A program made the translations under genes and the position numbers. Positions 28,604-41,809 of a stretch of 64,000 bases of DNA are shown in pieces. This DNA comes from Alphaproteobacteria bacterium (lineage in GTDB: Bacteria; Pseudomonadota; Alphaproteobacteria; MPNO01; UBA830). Position 1 is the first letter of the stretch, and every line of letters begins with the position of its first letter. The stretch spans positions 523,314-587,313 of the forward strand of contig OZ244055.1 in NCBI GenBank assembly GCA_965214975.1, read 5' to 3'. Under the pieces are notes generated by a model. That model did not search any database. It was not told the DNA's origin and saw nothing but the letters and a program-made list of their open reading frames with translations.

Positions 28604-29413
28604 ATGCCCGGGGCGAACATCGGCGACGCCGAGATCCACTACGAGGAAACCGGTGCCGGAGAGGCGGTGATGCTGGTGCCGGGGCTGGGCGGAGGCGGCG
28701 GCGTCTGGCACCGCCAGATTCCCGCGCTGAGCGGCGATTTCCGAGTCGTCGTCCACGACCATCGCGGATGCGGCCGGAGCACGCCCTCGCTGATCGACTA
28801 CTCGGTGGAGCAGATGGCCGGCGACGCCCTGCGCCTGATGGACCGCCTGGGCATCGGGCGCGCGCACTGGGTCGGCCACTCGACCGGGGGCGCCATGGGG
28901 CAGGTCGTGGCCCAGGATCATCCGGACCGCATCGGCGCGCTCGTGCTCAGCGCGACATGGGCCGGGCCGGATCCGTATTTCCGGCGCTCGTTCGCCGCCC
29001 GGCGCGCCGTGCTGACCGCGCTCGGCCCGGCCGAGTACGCGCGCCATTCCGCGCTCTCGCTCCATCCGCCGTGGTACGTGAGCCGGCACGAGAACCTGAT
29101 GGAGGAGCAGGAGCGCCATCTCGCGGGAACGGGCCAGCCGGTCGAGATCATGCAAAGCCGCATCGACGCCATCTGCGCCTTCGACCGGCGCGCCCGCCTC
29201 GGCGAGATCGCGGCGCCGACCCTGGTGATCGTGGCCGAGGACGACATGGTGACGCCGCGCCATCTCTCCGACGAGATCGCCCGGGCCGTGCCCGGGGCCG
29301 AGAAGGTCGTGCTGCCCACCGGCGGCCATTTCATGCTTCACGTGCTGGCCGAGGCCTACAACGACGCCGTCGGCGGATTCCTGCGCCGCCACCGGCGGCC
29401 GGAGCCCGGTTGA
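28604..29413 (+). CDS. Alpha/beta hydrolase, RutD-like
   Basis: PGLGG, DHRGCGRS, nucleophile elbow GHSTGG, AEDD and GGH. Confidence 0.85.
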   Translation: MPGANIGDAEIHYEETGAGEAVMLVPGLGGGGGVWHRQIPALSGDFRVVVHDHRGCGRSTPSLIDYSVEQMAGDALRLMDRLGIGRAHWVGHSTGGAMGQVVAQDHPDRIGALVLSATWAGPDPYFRRSFAARRAVLTALGPAEYARHSALSLHPPWYVSRHENLMEEQERHLAGTGQPVEIMQSRIDAICAFDRRARLGEIAAPTLVIVAEDDMVTPRHLSDEIARAVPGAEKVVLPTGGHFMLHVLAEAYNDAVGGFLRRHRRPEPG

Positions 29414-29414
29414 G

Positions 29415-30089
29415 ATGGCCGGGGACGCCCAGGCGGATCCGGAGCCGGAGGAAGGCCGGATCGGCCTTCGCGGCGTGTTCGCGACGCCGGTCGTCGAATG
29501 CCTTCTCCCCGACCGCGAAGCCCTGAACGCGGACCTGCGGAAGACCGTCTTCGAGCGCGAGGCCGCCCATGCCGGCACCGAGCACAGCAATCTCGGCGGC
29601 TGGCAGTCGAGCTGGGATCTCGCGCAGTGGGGCGGCGGGGCGGCGCGCAAGGTCATCGACGCCGCCCGCGACATCGCCGGCAGGCTGACCTGCGACCGCG
29701 CCGGCAAGCCGGTCCCGACCGGCTGGATGGCCAACGCCTGGGCCAACGTCAACCGCGCCGGGCACGCCAACGAGTTCCACACCCATCCCGGCGCCTACTG
29801 GTCGGCGACGTACTACGTCGACGACGGCGGAGCCGGGGCCGACCCCTCGCTGGGCGGAGAGCTCGAGATCCAGGATCCGCGCGGCGTCGGTCCGGCGATG
29901 CTGGCGCCGCGGCTGGCTTTCGCGATGCCGGGCGGACGGTCCGTGGGAGCGAGCGAGCTGATCCGTCCGCGCACGGGCGTGCTGGTGATGTTCCCGTCGT
30001 GGCTGTCCCATGGCGTCAGACCCTACCGGGGCGACGGCGTCCGCGTTTCCGTGGCCCTGAACCTCACGCCCGCCGCGGGGCCGGCATAG
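29415..30089 (+). CDS. TIGR02466-family putative 2OG-Fe(II) oxygenase
   Basis: SNLGGWQS, WANVN..HTHPG..SATYYV, DPR, FPSWLSHGV and RVSVALN. Confidence 0.85.
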   Translation: MAGDAQADPEPEEGRIGLRGVFATPVVECLLPDREALNADLRKTVFEREAAHAGTEHSNLGGWQSSWDLAQWGGGAARKVIDAARDIAGRLTCDRAGKPVPTGWMANAWANVNRAGHANEFHTHPGAYWSATYYVDDGGAGADPSLGGELEIQDPRGVGPAMLAPRLAFAMPGGRSVGASELIRPRTGVLVMFPSWLSHGVRPYRGDGVRVSVALNLTPAAGPA

Positions 30090-31078
30090 CCGCCTTCGGC
30101 GTCGTCGGGGCGGGCGCCTGGGGCACGGCGCTGGCCGTCGCGCTGTGCCGGGCCGGCCACGCGCCCCGCCTGTGGGCCCGCGACCGGGCGGTCGTCCGCG
30201 CCGTGAACGAGACGCGGGCCAATCCGGACCGTCTCCCGGGAATCGGGCTCGATTCCCGGATCCGCGCCTCCGGCGACCTCGCCGACATGGCGGCGTGCGA
30301 CGTCCTGCTGCTGGCGGTGCCGGCCCAGCGTCTCGGGCAGGCGGTGTCGCCGCTCGCCGACCGGCTGCCCCGTGCCGCGTCTCTCGTGATCTGCGCCAAG
30401 GGCATCGAGCGGACCACGCTCCGCCTGATGAGCGAGGTCGTCGCCGGGATCCTGCCGGCCCGCCCGGTGTTCGTGCTTTCCGGACCGAGCTTCGCCGCGG
30501 AGGTCGCGCTCGGCAAGCCCGCCGCCGTGACTCTCGCCGGCCCCGACCTGGCAGGCGCCGCGTCCCTCGCCCGCGAGCTCGGCTCGGAACGGTTCCGCCC
30601 CTACGCGAGCGACGACGTGATCGGCGCCCAGATCGGCGGCGCGATCAAGAACGTGCTGGCGATCGCCTGCGGGATCGCCGAGGCGCGCGGCTTCGGCGAC
30701 AACGCCCGGGCGGCCCTGGTCACGCGCGGACTGGCGGAGCTCACGCGGCTGTGCGTCGCCAAGGGGGGCCGCGCCGACACCATGACGGGGCTGTCGGGCC
30801 TCGGGGACCTCGTCCTCACCTGCGCGAGCCGCCAGTCGCGCAACTACTCGCTCGGGATCGAGATCGGCGAGGGGCGGCCGCTGGCCGACATCCTCGCGGG
30901 CCGCGTCGCCGTCGCCGAAGGCGTCCACACGGCGGCCGCGGCCCGCGCGCTCGCCGCGAGGCTCGGCGTCGAGGTGCCGATCGTCGGGGCCGTGGACGCG
31001 GTGCTCAACGGGGACGCCGACATCGACGCGGTCATCGGCGGGCTGCTGTCGCGGCCGCTGAGGCCGGAGATGGGATAG
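30086..31078 (+). CDS. gpsA: NAD(P)H-dependent glycerol-3-phosphate dehydrogenase
   Basis: GAGAWGTALA, CAKGIE, LSGPSFA, KNVLAIACG, GLGDLVLTC and SRNYS. The start is uncertain (ATA 30086 or GTG 29999). Confidence 0.93.
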   Translation: MAAFGVVGAGAWGTALAVALCRAGHAPRLWARDRAVVRAVNETRANPDRLPGIGLDSRIRASGDLADMAACDVLLLAVPAQRLGQAVSPLADRLPRAASLVICAKGIERTTLRLMSEVVAGILPARPVFVLSGPSFAAEVALGKPAAVTLAGPDLAGAASLARELGSERFRPYASDDVIGAQIGGAIKNVLAIACGIAEARGFGDNARAALVTRGLAELTRLCVAKGGRADTMTGLSGLGDLVLTCASRQSRNYSLGIEIGEGRPLADILAGRVAVAEGVHTAAAARALAARLGVEVPIVGAVDAVLNGDADIDAVIGGLLSRPLRPEMG

Positions 31079-31368
31079 CGGTCCGCCGGATCCGGGACCG
31101 CCGCCGGCGCTCTCCCGCGCCGCGCGGCCGCGCCCCGTCGCCGCGCCCGCAACCGCCGCGGGCGCGGTGCCGGCCCGCCCGCTCCCGACGTGTTCGGAAT
31201 CGGGGGAATCCGCGCTACACTCCGCCGGCATCGGAAGGTCTCTCCGGCGGCCGCCGTTTCCCGGTTCCGGACGCCGTGCCGGAGCCGGGCTGCCGGCGCG
31301 TCCTCCGGTCGGGGAATCCGGGAGCGGCGCCGGAGGCGGGGCCGGCGCGGGCGGAGGGGGCGCGACGC

Positions 31369-31782
31369 ATGAACCACTGGCTTTTCAAGTCGGAGCCGGG
31401 AGCGTGGTCGTGGGACGACCAGGTCGCGGCCGGAACCGCGGAATGGGACGGCGTGCGCAACCACCAGGCCAACAACAACATGAAGGCGATGAAGAGGGGC
31501 GACCGCGCCTTCTTCTACCACTCGGTCAACGAGAGGCGCATCGTCGGCGTCGTCGAGGTGGCGCGCGAGCACTATCCCGATCACACGGATCCGACGGGGC
31601 GGTTCGGAATGGTCGACGTGACGGCGGTCCGGCCGGTCGCGAAGCCCGTCACCCTCGCGGAGATCAGGGCCGAGCCGGCGCTTTCCGGATTCGCTCTCGT
31701 GAGGCAGTCCCGCCTGTCCGTGGTTCCGGTCGCCGAGCGCGAGTGGAGGGTGCTTTGCCGGATGGCCGGGGTCGATCCCTGA
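31369..31782 (+). CDS. EVE-domain protein
   Basis: WLFKSEP..WDGVRNHQA..GDRAFFYHS..QSRLSVVPV. Confidence 0.92.
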   Translation: MNHWLFKSEPGAWSWDDQVAAGTAEWDGVRNHQANNNMKAMKRGDRAFFYHSVNERRIVGVVEVAREHYPDHTDPTGRFGMVDVTAVRPVAKPVTLAEIRAEPALSGFALVRQSRLSVVPVAEREWRVLCRMAGVDP

Positions 31783-32183
31783 GCGGCGGCGCAACGGCCG
31801 GGGAGGGCCGGTTCCTCTGCCGGCTCGACGAGATCGGGGATCCCGGGAGCCGGGGTTTCGAGGGGATTCCCGGCGCGGCGCCGTTCTTCGTCGTGCGCCG
31901 CGGCGCCGGGGTCTTCGCCTATCGCAACGTCTGCCCCCATTACGGCGCGCCGCTCGACTGGAAGCCGGACGCTTTCCTGAACCCCGGCCGCGACCGGATC
32001 CTGTGCTCCATGCATGGCGCGCTGTTCGACGTCGCGAGCGGAATCTGCACGCGCGGGCCGTGCGCCGGGGAGGCCCTGACGACGGTCCGCGTGACGGTGC
32101 GCGGCGGCGCCGTGTACCTGCCGCCGCCGTCCGGCGATCTTGCCACGGAGCCGGTCCGGCCCGATAATCCCCGCGTTTCGTGA
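31755..32183 (+). CDS. Rieske (2Fe-2S) ferredoxin
   Basis: [14 protein letters not shown]; probable TTG start at 31755 after GGAGG. Confidence 0.88.
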   Translation: MPDGRGRSLSGGATAGEGRFLCRLDEIGDPGSRGFEGIPGAAPFFVVRRGAGVFAYRNVCPHYGAPLDWKPDAFLNPGRDRILCSMHGALFDVASGICTRGPCAGEALTTVRVTVRGGAVYLPPPSGDLATEPVRPDNPRVS

Positions 32184-32203
32184 CCGGCGGGAAAGGAAGC
32201 GCC

Positions 32204-34138
32204 ATGTCGGAGATCGTTCCCGTTTCCGGGGAATGGGCGCGGTCCGCCCGTGTCGACGACGCGGGATACCGCGAGATGTACCGGCGCTCGATCGAGGATC
32301 CGGAAGGGTTCTGGGCGGAGCACGGCCGCTGCGTCGACTGGATCCGGCCCTATTCCCGGATCAGGGACGTGTCCTACGCCCCGAACGACGTGCACGTGCG
32401 CTGGTTCGAGGACGGCACGCTCAACGCTTCGGCGAACTGCCTCGACCGCCATCTCGAGACCCGCGGCGACAAGACCGCCGTGATCTGGGAGGGCGACGAT
32501 CCGGCGGACTCGCGGAAGCTGACCTATCGCGAGCTGCATGCGGAGGTGTGCCGCTTCGCCAACGTGCTCAAGGCGAACGGCGTCGCCAGGGGCGACCGCG
32601 TCACGGTCTACCTTCCGATGATTCCGGAGATCGTCGTCGCGGTGCTCGCCTGCGCGCGCATCGGGGCGGTGCATTCGGTGGTGTTCGGCGGGTTCTCGCC
32701 GCAGTCGATCGCCGGCCGCATCCACGATTCGGATTCGTGCCTCGTGGTGACCGCCGACGAGGGCGTCCGGGGCGGCCGCAGGATCCCGCTCAAGGCCTAC
32801 GTGGACGAGGCGCTCGAGGACTGTCCGTCGGTGCGCTGCTGCGTGGTCGTGCGCCGCACCGGCGAGCCGGTGCCGTGGACCGGGGGCCGCGACGTCTGGT
32901 ACCACGAGGCCATGGCCGCCGCGCCGGCGGACTGCCCGCCCGAGGAGATGGGCGCCGAGGATCCGCTGTTCATCCTCTACACCTCCGGTTCCACCGGCCG
33001 GCCCAAGGGCGTGCTCCACACCACCGGCGGCTATCTCGTCTACGCCGCCATGACCCACCGCTACGTCTTCGACTTCCGCGAGGACGACGTCCACTGGTGC
33101 ACCGCCGACGTCGGGTGGATCACCGGCCACTCCTACATCGTCTACGGCCCCCTGGCCAACGGCGCGACCACGGTGGTTTTCGAGGGGGTTCCGAGCCATC
33201 CGGACTTCTCCCGCTTCTGGCGGGTCTGCGACAGGCACCGGGTCAGCGTCTTCTACACCGCGCCGACCGCGATCCGCGCGCTGATGCGCGCCGGCGACGC
33301 CCCGGTCAGGGCCGCGGAGCGCCGTTCCCTGCGGCTGCTCGGCACGGTCGGCGAACCGATCAACCCCGAGGCCTGGCGCTGGTACCACGAGGTCGTCGGC
33401 GACGGGCGCTGCCCGGTCGTCGACACGTGGTGGCAGACCGAGACGGGCGGCGTCCTGATCGCGCCGCTGCCGGGCGCGACCGCGCTCAAGCCGGGTTCCG
33501 CGACCCGCCCGTTCTTCGGCGTGCGGCCCGCGGTCGTCGACGCCGAGGGCCGGATCGTCGAGGGCGAGGCCGAGGGGAACCTGGTTCTCCTGGACTCGTG
33601 GCCCGGCCAGATGCGCACCGTGTTCCGCGACCACGAGCGTTTCGTGCAGACCTACTTCTCGACCTACGAGGGGATGTACTTCACCGGCGACGGGTGCCGC
33701 CGCGACGGCGACGGCTACTACTGGATCACCGGGCGCGTCGACGACGTCATCAACGTGTCGGGACACCGCATCGGGACGGCCGAGGTGGAAAGCGCCCTGG
33801 TCGGCCACGACAAGGTCGCGGAGGCCGCGGTCGTCGGCTATCCGCACGACATCAAGGGCCAGGGCATCTACGCCTACGTCACGCTGATGGAGGGGGAGGA
33901 GCCGTCGGACGGGCTGCGGACCGAGCTCGTGCAGTGGGTCCGCCGCGAGATCGGCCCGATCGCGACGCCCGATCTGCTCCAGTGGGCTCCGGGCCTTCCC
34001 AAGACCCGCTCCGGCAAGATCATGCGCCGCATCCTCCGCAAGATCGCCGGGAACGAGCACGACCGGCTGGGCGACACCACGACGCTGGCGGAACCGGCCG
34101 TGGTCGAGGAGCTCGTGGCCAACCGGCTGAATTCCTGA
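32204..34138 (+). CDS. acs: Acetyl-CoA synthetase
   Basis: [26 protein letters not shown] and [15 protein letters not shown]. Confidence 0.97.
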   Translation: MSEIVPVSGEWARSARVDDAGYREMYRRSIEDPEGFWAEHGRCVDWIRPYSRIRDVSYAPNDVHVRWFEDGTLNASANCLDRHLETRGDKTAVIWEGDDPADSRKLTYRELHAEVCRFANVLKANGVARGDRVTVYLPMIPEIVVAVLACARIGAVHSVVFGGFSPQSIAGRIHDSDSCLVVTADEGVRGGRRIPLKAYVDEALEDCPSVRCCVVVRRTGEPVPWTGGRDVWYHEAMAAAPADCPPEEMGAEDPLFILYTSGSTGRPKGVLHTTGGYLVYAAMTHRYVFDFREDDVHWCTADVGWITGHSYIVYGPLANGATTVVFEGVPSHPDFSRFWRVCDRHRVSVFYTAPTAIRALMRAGDAPVRAAERRSLRLLGTVGEPINPEAWRWYHEVVGDGRCPVVDTWWQTETGGVLIAPLPGATALKPGSATRPFFGVRPAVVDAEGRIVEGEAEGNLVLLDSWPGQMRTVFRDHERFVQTYFSTYEGMYFTGDGCRRDGDGYYWITGRVDDVINVSGHRIGTAEVESALVGHDKVAEAAVVGYPHDIKGQGIYAYVTLMEGEEPSDGLRTELVQWVRREIGPIATPDLLQWAPGLPKTRSGKIMRRILRKIAGNEHDRLGDTTTLAEPAVVEELVANRLNS

Positions 34139-34153
34139 CGCGCGGAGGACGGC

Positions 34154-34549
34154 ATGCGCGAACGCGTCCGAAGCGGGCACGTGACCGAGCCCGAGCCGGG
34201 AACCTGGTCCAACTTCCTGCTCAGCGGCGACCTGTTCTTCATCGCCGGGCTGACGTCGCGCGGCGCCGACGGCGCCACCATAGAGGGCGACGGGCCCCTC
34301 GAGCAGGCGCGGATCGTGTTCTCCAAGATGAAGCGCTATCTCGACGCCGCCGGCGGGTCGATGAACGATATCCTCAAGCTGACGATCTTCGTCACCGACA
34401 TCGGTTCGAGAGCCGCCGTCTGGAAGGCGCGAAGGGAGTTCTTCGACGGGGACTTTCCGGCCTGTTCCCTGATCGAGGTCTCCGCGCTCGCCGAGCCCGG
34501 AATGCTGGTCGAGATCGAGGGGGTGGGCCGGCTCGGCTGCTCCGGCTGA
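34154..34549 (+). CDS. RidA/YjgF-family protein
   Basis: FIAG..QAR..KLTIFVTD..R..FF..P..SLIEVSAL..LVEIE. Confidence 0.88.
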   Translation: MRERVRSGHVTEPEPGTWSNFLLSGDLFFIAGLTSRGADGATIEGDGPLEQARIVFSKMKRYLDAAGGSMNDILKLTIFVTDIGSRAAVWKARREFFDGDFPACSLIEVSALAEPGMLVEIEGVGRLGCSG

Positions 34550-34577
34550 CGCTGCGGGGCCCGCGCGGCGCCGCGGT

Positions 34578-38222
<3,645 letters not shown>

Positions 38223-39335
38223 TCAGACGCGCATCGGCATCAGCACGTAGAGGGTGCTCTCGTCCCCGACGTCCTGCACCACGGTGGGCGATGCCTCGTC
38301 CGACATCAGGAATCTGGTCTTGCCGCCGCCGATCTCCTGGGCGATGTCCAGCAGGTAGCGGGAGTTGAAGCCGATCTCGATCCGGTCGTCCTTGTAGGTG
38401 ACGTCGAGCTCCTCCTCGCCGCTGCCGCTTTCCGGATCGTTCGCCGTCAGCTTGAGCGTGCCCGAGGCGACGGTGAACTTCACCGCGCGGCTCTGTTCGG
38501 TCGAGATCGTGGACACGAGGTCGACGGCCTTCACGAAATCCTTCCGGCTGACCTCGAGATTCTTGTCGTTGTTCGTCGGAATGACGCGGTTGTAGTCGGG
38601 GAACGTGCCGTCGATCAGCTTCGAGACCAGCTCGATGTCGCCGAACCTGAAGCGGATCCGCGTGTCCGACAGCGAGACCTCGACGGTTCCGTCGGTCTCG
38701 TCGAGCAGTCTCCGGATCTGGGCGACGGTCTTGCGCGGAACGATCACGCCGGGAATTTCCGCCGCGCCGTCCGGAACGTCGACGTCGGCCCGCGCGAGCC
38801 GGTGGCCGTCGGTGGCGACGACCCGCAGCACGCCGCCGCTCTCGCCCTCCGCGGCGTGCAGGTACAGCCCGTTGAGGTAGTGGCGCGTCTCCTCGCTCGA
38901 CATCGCGAAATGCGTCCGGTTGATCAGGCGCACCAGGATGTCGGAGGGCATGGAGAACGAATGGGGCAGGTCGTCGGCGGGCGAGTTCGGAAAATCCGTC
39001 TCCGGAAGCGTCACCAGCCGGATCGACGACCGCCCGGCCCTGACCGCGAGCCGGTCGTCCTCCGAAACGATCCCGACGTCGGCGTCCTCCGGAAGCTTGC
39101 GCACGACGTCGTGCAGCATCTGCGCGGAGACCGTCACGGCGCCCTCCTGGGCGACCGTCGCGTCGACGTCCTCGATCACCGTCAGATCCATGTCGGTCGC
39201 CGTTATCCGCAACGTGTCGCCGGCGGCTTGCAGCAGGACGTTCGACAGGATCGGAATCGTTCCGCGCGCCTCGACGACCCCCTGCGTGTGGGACAGCGCT
39301 TTCAGCATGGTGTTGCGTGCGATGGTGATTTGCAT
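38223..39335 (-). CDS. dnaN: DNA polymerase III beta clamp
   Basis: TIPILSNV, ATDMD, EETRHYLNG, VATDGHRL, LIDGTFPDY, IGFNSRYL and YVLMPMRV. Confidence 0.97.
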   Translation of the reverse strand: MQITIARNTMLKALSHTQGVVEARGTIPILSNVLLQAAGDTLRITATDMDLTVIEDVDATVAQEGAVTVSAQMLHDVVRKLPEDADVGIVSEDDRLAVRAGRSSIRLVTLPETDFPNSPADDLPHSFSMPSDILVRLINRTHFAMSSEETRHYLNGLYLHAAEGESGGVLRVVATDGHRLARADVDVPDGAAEIPGVIVPRKTVAQIRRLLDETDGTVEVSLSDTRIRFRFGDIELVSKLIDGTFPDYNRVIPTNNDKNLEVSRKDFVKAVDLVSTISTEQSRAVKFTVASGTLKLTANDPESGSGEEELDVTYKDDRIEIGFNSRYLLDIAQEIGGGKTRFLMSDEASPTVVQDVGDESTLYVLMPMRV

Positions 39336-39434
39336 GTTTCCAGACCGGTTGGTTTCGGAAGACGCGGGGGCGCCGTTCTTGTCGGAGCGGGCCATGGGGC
39401 CCGGAAAGTCCGGAAGCCGCGCATCCGTCCGGAA

Positions 39435-39463
39435 AGTATCGCGTGTTCCGGCGATTCCGTCAA
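39435..39463 (-). promoter_or_regulatory. Putative sigma70 promoter of dnaN-recF-gyrB
   Basis: Minus strand TTGACG-N17-GATACT, about 100 bp upstream of the dnaN ATG. Confidence 0.55.
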
Positions 39464-39500
39464 GTTCGCGCGCCCCGCGCGGAGCGGCCGCGGAATCGGC

Positions 39501-39533
39501 GAACCCCGCGAAACAGGGGGTTTCCGCGGGTTC
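39501..39533. terminator. Stem-loop downstream of the usp gene (possible terminator)
   Basis: gaaccccgcgaaac-aggg-gtttccgcgggttc imperfect hairpin with no clear U-tract. Confidence 0.3.
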
Positions 39534-39584
39534 CCCCGGTCGGCGGGGGCGATGCGATTCGGCGGGCCGGCGCCGCGCGCCCGG

Positions 39585-40451
39585 TCAGTGCGTCATGAGC
39601 ACCGGAACCGCGGGATGCTGGAGAACGTGGCGGGTGACGCCCCCGAGGACGAGCTCCCTGAGGCGGCTGTGCGAGTAGGCGCCCATGACCAGCAGGTCGG
39701 CGCTCCGCGCGGCCGCCTCGTCGAGCAGGATCTCGCCCACGGGGCGGTGGTCGGGCGGGATCTCCGCGACCTCGGCGGAGACGTCGTGCCACAGGAGGTA
39801 CTTCGCGATGTCCCGGGGCGACGGGCCGCGCTTGGCGCCGGTCTGCACCGAGACCAGCGTCACCTCGCTGCCCGGCCCCAGCAGCGACAGCGCCGCCGCG
39901 ACCGCGCGGGCGGCGCTCGGCGTCCTGTTCCAGCCGATGACGACCCTCTCGCCCACGGACCGCGGCGCCTCGGGCGGCGCGACCAGCACCGGACGCCCGG
40001 TCCCGAACAGCGCCGCCTCGGCGGCGACCTCGCCCATCGTGGTCTGGTCGCGCCGGGCCGGTCCGACGACGATCAGGTCGTAGGCCCCGCCGCGGGCCGC
40101 GACGGCTTCGGCCGCGGCGCCCCTTGCGGTGTCCCATGACGCGGAAGGCAGGTCCGCCGGAAGCGCGTTCTCGCGCTCGTCGATCTTCCGTTCGTCGAGC
40201 ATTTCCGTGAAACGCTGGCGCGCCAGCGCGCGCCGGCGCCGGCGGTCCTCACCGAATTCCCGGGACATCTGGGCATGGATCGACTCGAACAGGCCCATGG
40301 CGCCGGCCGGTATCACGTCGTCGACGTCGCCGGCGACGAACAGGCAGTCCGCGTGGCCGCCGAACAGCCTCGCGAGCAGCAGCGCCGTCGCGATCGCGCT
40401 TTCGTCGTGGACGATGTCGCCGACGGGCACGAGCATGTTCTTGATCGCCAC
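39585..40451 (-). CDS. Universal stress protein (tandem UspA domains)
   Basis: GTG after GGAGG; DLIVVG..GRPVLV; DLLVMGAYSHSRLRELVLGGVTR. Confidence 0.92.
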   Translation of the reverse strand: MAIKNMLVPVGDIVHDESAIATALLLARLFGGHADCLFVAGDVDDVIPAGAMGLFESIHAQMSREFGEDRRRRRALARQRFTEMLDERKIDERENALPADLPSASWDTARGAAAEAVAARGGAYDLIVVGPARRDQTTMGEVAAEAALFGTGRPVLVAPPEAPRSVGERVVIGWNRTPSAARAVAAALSLLGPGSEVTLVSVQTGAKRGPSPRDIAKYLLWHDVSAEVAEIPPDHRPVGEILLDEAAARSADLLVMGAYSHSRLRELVLGGVTRHVLQHPAVPVLMTH

Positions 40452-40632
40452 GATCCCTCCGGGCAGGGCGGTCCGCGACGGCCATTGTAGCACGGCGAGG
40501 CTCCGGAAACCCGGCCCGTCCGGCGCCCGGGGAACCGCCCGCGCCTTGGACTCGCGGCGGCCCCCGTGCTACACAACCGGCCACGCAGTCGTCAGACTCG
40601 ACCATCGTCACAGGAAACGGGGGGTTTTTTCC

Positions 40633-41598
40633 ATGAGGCTTCTTCAGATTGCCCTTGGCGCGGCGGCCGGCACGGCGCTCGCGCTTTCGGCGTCGGCGCA
40701 GACCGTCGGCATCGGCTCGACCAAGGGCGGCGCCGTGTCGCAGATCACGGCCACGATCTCCAAGGCCGTCTCGGAGCATGCCGGCGGCCTGCAGATGCGC
40801 AAGCAGACCATGGGCGGCACGCAGCAGTACATTCCGGTGGTCAACGCCGGGGAGCTCGAGTTCGGCATCTCGAACATCGCCCAGTACCACATGGCGCGGA
40901 CCGGAACCGGCCTGTCCAAGGGCACCGAATACGGGAACCTCCGTCTCGTCGCCACCATGATGAAGTTCCGGGTGAGCCCCGTGGTCCCGATCCGGTCGGG
41001 CATCACCGGAACCCCCCAGCTCAAGGGCACGCGGATGGCCGTCGGCTTCAAGGGGGCGCCGCTGTTCGTCAACATCCACAACGGCGCGCTGGCCACCGCC
41101 GGGCTGACCGAGGACGACATCAAGCCGGTCCCCCAGGTCGGCCTCGTGCAGCACTGGCGCGCCTTCATGGCCGGCAAGATCGACTGGGCGATCGCGGCGG
41201 TGGGATCGGGCTTCGTCAAGCAGATGAACGCCAAGATCGACGGCGGCGTCCGGCACATCTCCCTGCCCGACACGCCGGAATCGCTTGCGGCGATGCGCAC
41301 GTGGTTCCCGAAGACGGAATACAGCGTCGTCAAGCCGGCCAAGGGGCTGACGGGCGTTCTCGAGCCGACGGTGTTCATCACCTACGACTACCTGCTGTGG
41401 GCCAGCGACAAGGTCTCCGACGACGTCGCCTACGCGGTGACGAAGGTCATGCACACCCAGGCGGCCCAGCTCAAGGAAGGCGGGCCTCTCTGGCGCACCT
41501 ACGAAGCCAGCAGGCGCCTGTCGAAACCGCAGGGCCATCCGTACCACCCCGGTGCCGTGAAGTACTACAAGGAAGCGGGCATCTGGCAGGGCGGCTAG
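40633..41598 (+). CDS. TAXI-family TRAP transporter solute-binding protein
   Basis: Signal peptide, IGSTKGG and C-terminal PYHPGAVKYYKEAG. Confidence 0.88.
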   Translation: MRLLQIALGAAAGTALALSASAQTVGIGSTKGGAVSQITATISKAVSEHAGGLQMRKQTMGGTQQYIPVVNAGELEFGISNIAQYHMARTGTGLSKGTEYGNLRLVATMMKFRVSPVVPIRSGITGTPQLKGTRMAVGFKGAPLFVNIHNGALATAGLTEDDIKPVPQVGLVQHWRAFMAGKIDWAIAAVGSGFVKQMNAKIDGGVRHISLPDTPESLAAMRTWFPKTEYSVVKPAKGLTGVLEPTVFITYDYLLWASDKVSDDVAYAVTKVMHTQAAQLKEGGPLWRTYEASRRLSKPQGHPYHPGAVKYYKEAGIWQGG

Positions 41599-41809
41599 AG
41601 CCCCCGACCCGTCGGGGCGGCCTCGTCCGCCGCGCGCGGACGGCCGCCCCGTCGCCGGACCGGCGACCTCCGGGGATCGCGGGGGCGCCGACGGTTCCGG
41701 ACCGGCCTCCCGCCGTGGAGAGAGGGCGGACGCGGCGGCTTCCCGACGCCGCGACGGGTGCGCTCGCGTCCGCCGCCGCCGGACGCGTCGCCAGGAAGGG
41801 GTGGACGCC

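Noticed and set aside
39400-39584. oriC near dnaN
   Set aside because: No DnaA boxes, AT-rich unwinding element or dnaA gene seen.
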